From the human T2T-CHM13v2.0 reference genome, Homo sapiens: 64,000 nt of DNA. Position numbers and translations under genes: made by a program. A model generated the notes under the pieces. It was not told the DNA's origin. It saw only the letters and a program-made list of their open reading frames with translations, and did no database searches. Numbering within the stretch: the stretch's first letter is position 1; every line of letters begins with the position of its first letter. The stretch lies in the NCBI RefSeq assembly GCF_009914755.1, contig NC_060939.1. One strand, written 5' to 3'. Below, piece after piece: positions 57,852-64,000 of this stretch.

Positions 57852-60800
57852 TCTCCAGTGCATTCCGTTCAATCCATTCCATTCCAGTCCATTCCATTCG
57901 AGTCCGTTCCATTCCAGTCCATTCCATTCGAGTCAATTCCATTCAATTCGATATCTTTCCATAACGATCCATTCCATTCTATTCCTTTCGATTCCATTCC
58001 ATTCTATTTCATTCCATTCGATTCCCTTCCATTGGACTCCTTTTCATTCGAGTGCATTCCATTCCGTTCCATTTCATTCCGTTTTGTACAATTCCTACCG
58101 TTCGATTTCATTTTGTTCCAGTCCATTCCTTTCGCGTCCATTCCATTCCATTTCACTCCATTCGATTCCATTGCATTCGATTCCATTCCACTCGATTCCA
58201 CTTCGTTCCATTTCATTGCATTCCATTCTATTCACCTCTATTGCCTTCCATTCCATTCCATTCGATTACATTCCATGCGATTCCATTCGAAATTGAATCA
58301 ATTACATTGCTATCCATTACTATTGAGTCCGTTTTATTCCAGTCCACTGCATTCTGGTCCATTCCATTTGATTCCATTCCATTCTATTCCATTCCATACA
58401 GTTGCATTCCATTGGATTCCATTCTATATCTATAAATTCAATTCGAGACCATTGCTTTTGAGTCCATTCTATATGATTCCATTCCATTCAAGTCCATTAC
58501 ATTTGGTTCAATTCCATTCCATTCCATTCCCTTCCATTCCATTCCATTTGATATCAATCCATTCGATTCCATTCCATTCGAGCACATTCCATTCGAGTCC
58601 ATTCCATTCGATGCCATTCCATTTGATTCTATTCCATTAGTCTCCTTTCAATTCCATTAATCTCCATTCCATTCCATTCTACTCCAACTGATTCCATTCC
58701 ATTCTATTCCTTTCCATTCCATTTCATTCCATTCCATTCCATTTCATTCCATTCCATTCCATTCGCTTCCATTCCGTTCGTGTCCATTCCACTCCAGTCC
58801 ATTCCATTCGTGTCCATTCCATTCCAGTCCATTCCATTTGTGTCCACTGCATTCCATTCCACTCCATTCCATATTATTCCATTACACTCCATTCCATTCT
58901 ATTACTTTCATTTCCATTCAATTCCATTCCATTTGATTCCATTCCACTCGGTTTCATTCCATTTGAGTCCATTCCATTCCATTCCATTCCATTCCATTCC
59001 ATTCCATTCCATTCCGTTCCATTCCTTTCAGTTCCATTCCATTCTGTTCCATTCCATTCCGTTCCATTCCATTCCATTCCATTCCATTCCATTCCGTTCC
59101 ATTCCATTCCATTCCATTCCATTCCATTCCATTCCATTCGGTAACATTCCATATTGTTCCATTCGATTCCATTTGAATCCATCCATTCCAGTCCATTCCA
59201 TTCGATTCCATTCCATTCCTTTCAATTCCCTTCCATTCCATTCCATTCCACTTGATTCCACTCCATTCCCTTCCACTGCATTTCATTCGATTCCATTCCA
59301 TTGCATTGCATTCCATTCCTTTGGATTGCATTCCATTCGATTCCATTCCATTCGAATCAATTACATAGCAATCCATTACATTCGAGTCTATTCTATTCCG
59401 TTCCATTCGATTTCGTTCCAATCCATTCGATTCCATTCCATTCGATTCCATTCCATGCTATTGCATTCCATTCGATTAAATTATATTCGAATAAGTTCCA
59501 TTCAAGACCATTTCTTTTGAGTCCATTCTATTTGAGTCCATTCCCTTTGATTCCATAACATTTGAGTCCATTCAATTCCATTCCTTTCGTTTCCATTCCA
59601 TTTGATGCCATTCCATTCAATTCTGTTCTACTCGACTCCAATACATTCAATTCCATTCCATCCGATTCCATTACATTCTTTTCATTTCTTATCCATTTCA
59701 AGCCATTCCATTCCATTCCATTCCACTCGTTTCCTTTCCATTCGAGTCCATTCCTCTCCAGTCCATTCCGTTCAATCCATCCCATTCCAGTCCATTCCAT
59801 TCGAGTCCATTCCCTTCCAGTCCATTCCATTCGAGTCAATTCCATTCCATTCGATGTCTTTCCATAACGATCCATTCCATTCTATTCCTTTCGATTCCAT
59901 TCCATTCTATTTCATTCCATTCGATTCCCTTCCATTGGACTCCTTTCCATTCGAGTGCATTCCATTCCGTTCCGTTTCTTTCCGTTCTGTACGATTCCTA
60001 CCGTTCGATTTCATTTTGTTCCAGTCCATTCCTCTCGCGTCCATTCCATTCCATTTCACTCCATTCGATTCCATTCCACTCGATTCCACTTCGTTCCATT
60101 TCATTGCATTCCGTTCTATTCAACTCTATTGCCTTCCATTCCATTCCATTCGATTACATTCCATGCGATTCCATTCGAAATCGAATCAATTACATTGCAA
60201 TCCATTACTATTGAGTCCGTTTTATTCCAGTCCACTGCATTCTGGTCCATTCCATTTGATTCCATTCCATTCTATTCCATTCCATACAGTTGCATTCCAT
60301 TGGATTCCATTCTATATCTATAAATTCAATTCGAGGCCATTACTTTTGAGTCCATTCTATATGATTCCATTCCATTCAAGTCTATTACATTTGGTACAAT
60401 TCCCTTCCATTCCATTCCCTTCCATTCCATTCCATTTGATATCAATCCATTCGATTCCATTCCATTCGAGCACATTCCATTCGAGTCCATTCCATTCGAT
60501 GCCATTCCATTTGATTCTATTCCATTAGTCTCCATTCAATTCCATTAATCTCCATTCCATTCCATTCTACTCCAACTGATTCCATTCCATTCTATTCCTT
60601 TCCATTCCATTTCATTCCATTCCATTCCATTCTATTCCATTCCATTCCATTTCATTCCATTCCATTCCATTCGCTTCCATTCCATTCGTGTCCATTCCAC
60701 TCCAGTCCATTCCATTCGTGTCCATTCCATTCCAGTCCATTCCATTTGTGTCCACTGCATTCCATTCCACTCCATTCCATATTATTCCATTACACTCCAT

Positions 60801-61585
60801 TCCATTCTATTACTTTCATTTCCATTCAATTCCATTCCAGTTGATTCCATTCCACTCGGTTTCATTCCATTTGAGTCCATTCCATTCCATTCCATTCCAT
60901 TCCGTTCCATTCCATTCCATTCCGTTCCATTCCTTTCAGTTCCATTCCATTCTGTTCCATTCCATTCCATTCCATTCCATTCCATTCCATTCGGTACCAT
61001 TCCATATTGTTCCATTCGATTCCATTCGAATCCATTCCATTCCAGTCCATTCCATTCGATTCCATTCCATTCCTTTCAATTCCATTCCATTCCATTCCAT
61101 TCCACTTGATTCCACTCCATTCCCTTCCACTGCATTCCATTCGATTCCATTCCATTGCATTGCATTCCATTCCATTGGATTGCATTCCATTCGATTCCAT
61201 TCCATTCGAATCAATTACATAGCAATCCATTACATTCGAGTCTATTCTATTCTGTTCCATTCGATTTCGTTCCAATCCATTCGATTCCATTCCATTCGAT
61301 TCCATTCCATACTATTGCATTCCATTCGATTAAATTATATTCGAATAAGTTCCATTCAAGACCATTTCTTTTGAGTCCATTCTATTTGAGTCCATTCCCT
61401 TTGATTCCATAACATTTGAGTCCATTCAATTCCATTCCTTTCGTTTCCATTCCATCTGATGCCATTCCATTCAATTCTGTTCTACTCGACTCCAATACAT
61501 TCAATTCCATTCCATCCGATTCCATTACATTCTTTTCATTTCTTATCCATTTCAAGCCATTCCATTCCTTTCCATTCCACTCGTT

Positions 61586-64000
61586 TCCTTTCCATTCGAG
61601 TCCATTCCACTCCACTCCATTCCATTCGAATACATTTCACTCCAGTCCATTCCATTCGAATTCATTTCACTCCAGTCCATTAAATTCGAGTACATTCCAT
61701 TCCATTCTATTCAATGCCATTCCATTCGATTCTATTCCTTTTGACACCATTCCGTTCCATCCGATTCCATTCCATTTTATTCCATTCAATTCCATTCCAT
61801 TGCATTCCATTCCATTCCATTCGTTTCCATTTCATTCTAATTCATTCCGCTCAAGTCCATTCCATTCGAGTCCATTCCCTTCCAGTCCATTCCAATAGAG
61901 TCCATTGCTTTCCATTCCATTCGATATCTTCCCATTACAGTCCATTCCATTCTATTCCTTTGGTTCCCATTCAATTCAATTCCATTTGATTACATTTCAT
62001 TTGATTACATTCCATTCGACTCCATTCCATTCGAGTCCATTCCATTCCAGTCCATTCCATTCGATTCCATTCCATTCGATTCCATTCCACTCATTTCCAC
62101 TCCATTGCATTCCATTGCATTCCATTCTATTCCATTCCATTGCATTCCATTCCTTTCGATTCCATTCCATTCGAATCAATTACATTGCAATGCATTACTT
62201 TCATGCCCTTTCTATTAAAGTCCAATGCATTATGGTCCATTCCATTCAATTCCATTCTATTCCATTCCATTCGAATCAATTACATTGCAATCCATCACAT
62301 TCAAGTACCTTCTGTTCCAGTCCATTCAATTCTGGTCTATTCCATTCAATTCCATTCCCTTTGTTTCCATTCCATTCTTGTACATTCCATTGGATTCCAT
62401 CTCATTGAAATAAGTTCTATTCGAGACCATTTCTTCGAGTCCAATCAATTTGAGTCCATTCCATTCGAGTCCATTACATCTGGGTCTATTCCATTCCATC
62501 CCATTCCATTCGATGCCATTCAATTTGATTCTTTTCCTTTCGGCTCCATTCCTTTCCTTTCAGTTCCATCGGATTCCATTCCATTCTATTCCTTTCCATT
62601 TCATTGCATTCCATTCCATTCCACTGGAGACCATTCCACTTCAGTGCATTCCATTCCAGTGTATTCCATTCCATTCCATTCCATTCCATTCCATTCCATT
62701 CCATTCCATTCCATTCGATATCTTTCCATTACACTCCATTCCATTGTATTCCTTTACAGTCCATTCATTTCCATTCTATTCGATTCCATTCAATTCAATT
62801 CCATTACATTCGACTCCATTTCATTCGAGTCCATTGCTATCCATTTCATTCCAATTCTTTCTGTTCTATTCCATTCCGTTCGATTCCATTTTGTTCCAGT
62901 CCATTCCATTCGAGTCCATTGCTTTCCAGTGCAATTCATTTGATTCCACTCCATTCGATTCCATTCCACTCAATTCCACTCCGTTCCATTCCTTTGCGTT
63001 CCTTTCTCTTCCATTCCATTGCATTCCATTCCATTCCATTCCATTTGTTTACATTCCATTGAATTCCAATCCAGTTGAATCAATTACATTGCAGTCCATT
63101 ACATTCGAGTCTGTTCTATCCCAGTTCATTCGATTCTGGTGCATTCCATTGGATTCCTTTCCATTCGATACCATTCCATACTATTGCATTCCATTCGATT
63201 CCATTGTTTTCGAATAAATTCCAATCGAGACCATTCCTTTCGTGTCCATTCTATTTGACTCCATTCCATTTGAGTCCAATAAATTTGTGAACATTCCATT
63301 CCTTTCCATTCCATTCCATTCCATTCCATTCGGTGCCATTCCATTCCACTCTATTCCATTCAAGTCCATTCTATTTGATTCCATTCCATTCCATTCGATG
63401 CCATTACATTCAATTCTATTCCATTCGACTCCATTCAATTCCATTCTCTTCCAAACGATTCCATTCCATTCTATTACTTTCTATTCCAATCCATTCCATT
63501 CCTTTCCATTCGTTTCCATTCCATTCGAGTCCACTCCACTCCAGTCCATTCCATTCCAGGCCATTCCATTCAAGTCCATTCCACTCCATTCCATTCCATT
63601 CGATATCTTTCAATAACACCCCATTCCATTCTGTTCCTTACAAATCAATTCAATTCCATTCCATTTGATTCCATTAAATTCGATTACATTCCATTCGACT
63701 CCATTCCATTCGACTCTATTCCATTCAAGTCCATTCCATTCCATTCCATTGCATTCCGTTCGAATCCCTATTCCATTGCATTTTGTTCCAGTCCATTCCA
63801 TTTGAGTCCATTCCATGCCAAATCATTCCATTTGATTCCATTCCAATCGATTCCATTGCACTCGAATCCAGTGCATTCCATTCCATTGCTTTCCATTCTA
63901 TTACATTCCATTGCATTACTTTGCATTCCATTTGATTACATTCCTTTCGATTGCATTAATTTCGAATCAATTACATTGCAATCCATTGCATTCGAGTTCT
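61586..64000 (+). repeat. Divergent HSat3 block, copy 5 (truncated by window end)
   Basis: Same left junction and motifs. It lacks the copy-3/4 private variants and resembles copy 2. Confidence 0.9.

Larger units (their letters stand above)
1..64000 (+). repeat. Human/primate Satellite III (HSat3) array, diverged (CATTC)n, C-rich strand on + throughout
   Basis: CATTC pentamers with typical variants (CATTCGATTC, GAGTC, CAGTC, CATTG) run end to end. No switch to a GGAAT-oriented block and no non-satellite island was seen. It lacks the CATTCGATGATG-type units that characterise HSat2. Confidence 0.98.
31095..64000 (+). repeat. ~6.75-kb higher-order repeat array: monomer A (KpnI+) plus monomer B (GGTAAC, KpnI-) plus ~3-kb divergent HSat3 block; one insert-less partial copy, four full copies and one truncated copy
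   Basis: Insert left junctions are at 34597, 41323, 48064, 54830 and 61586 (periods 6726, 6741, 6766, 6756). There is a single GGTACC per period (34004, 40730, 47471, 54237, 60993). The ORF track repeats with the same offsets. Confidence 0.95.

Noticed and set aside
91-63931. Hundreds of ORFs (IPFHS- and MEWNG-repeat peptides, up to 413 aa at 19722-20963 and 360 aa at 48618-49700)
   Set aside because: CATTC/GAATG pentamers have no stop codon in any frame, so long ORFs are expected. The peptides are direct translations of the repeat, overlap in all frames, and break differently between copies.
1-64000. CRISPR-like or other prokaryotic repeat-spacer system
   Set aside because: There are no unique spacers and no associated genes. 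This is eukaryotic satellite DNA.
1-64000. Strand inversions, or embedded Alu/L1/alpha/beta-satellite
   Set aside because: No GGAAT-oriented block or non-pentamer island was seen when reading through the window.
1-64000. Assignment to HSat2 or Y-chromosome DYZ1
   Set aside because: It lacks the HSat2 CATTCGATGATG signature, and its base period is 1.8 kb rather than the ~3.6 kb of DYZ1. A firm subfamily call needs k-mer classification.

Overview
The whole 64-kb window is one uninterrupted, single-orientation array of diverged (CATTC)n pentamers, i.e. primate/human Satellite III (HSat3). I see no genes, transposons or unique sequence, and every ORF in the track is a translation artefact of the pentamer. 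The structure lies in the repeat hierarchy. (i) From 1 to ~31 kb there is a ~1.77-1.79-kb monomer with usually one KpnI site (GGTACC), as described for the chr15p D15Z1-type HSat3; this assignment is inferred, not searched. The monomer itself looks like an old dimer of ~0.83+0.94-kb halves. (ii) A scrambled zone lies at ~16.6-20.5 kb, and a ~499-bp deletion occurs twice (24.45 and 31.08 kb). (iii) From ~31.1 kb the array switches to a young ~6.73-6.77-kb higher-order repeat (HOR) made of two variant monomers plus a ~2.98-3.0-kb block of a different, more diverged HSat3. That block is inserted cleanly into one monomer and flanked by a 23-bp direct repeat. HOR copies 3 and 4 are a near-identical 6766-bp duplication, and copy 5 reverts to the copy-2 haplotype. 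I found no new gene system; the most notable item is the captured foreign satellite block and the new HOR built around it. All comparisons were made by eye and with the ORF-track coordinates, not by alignment.
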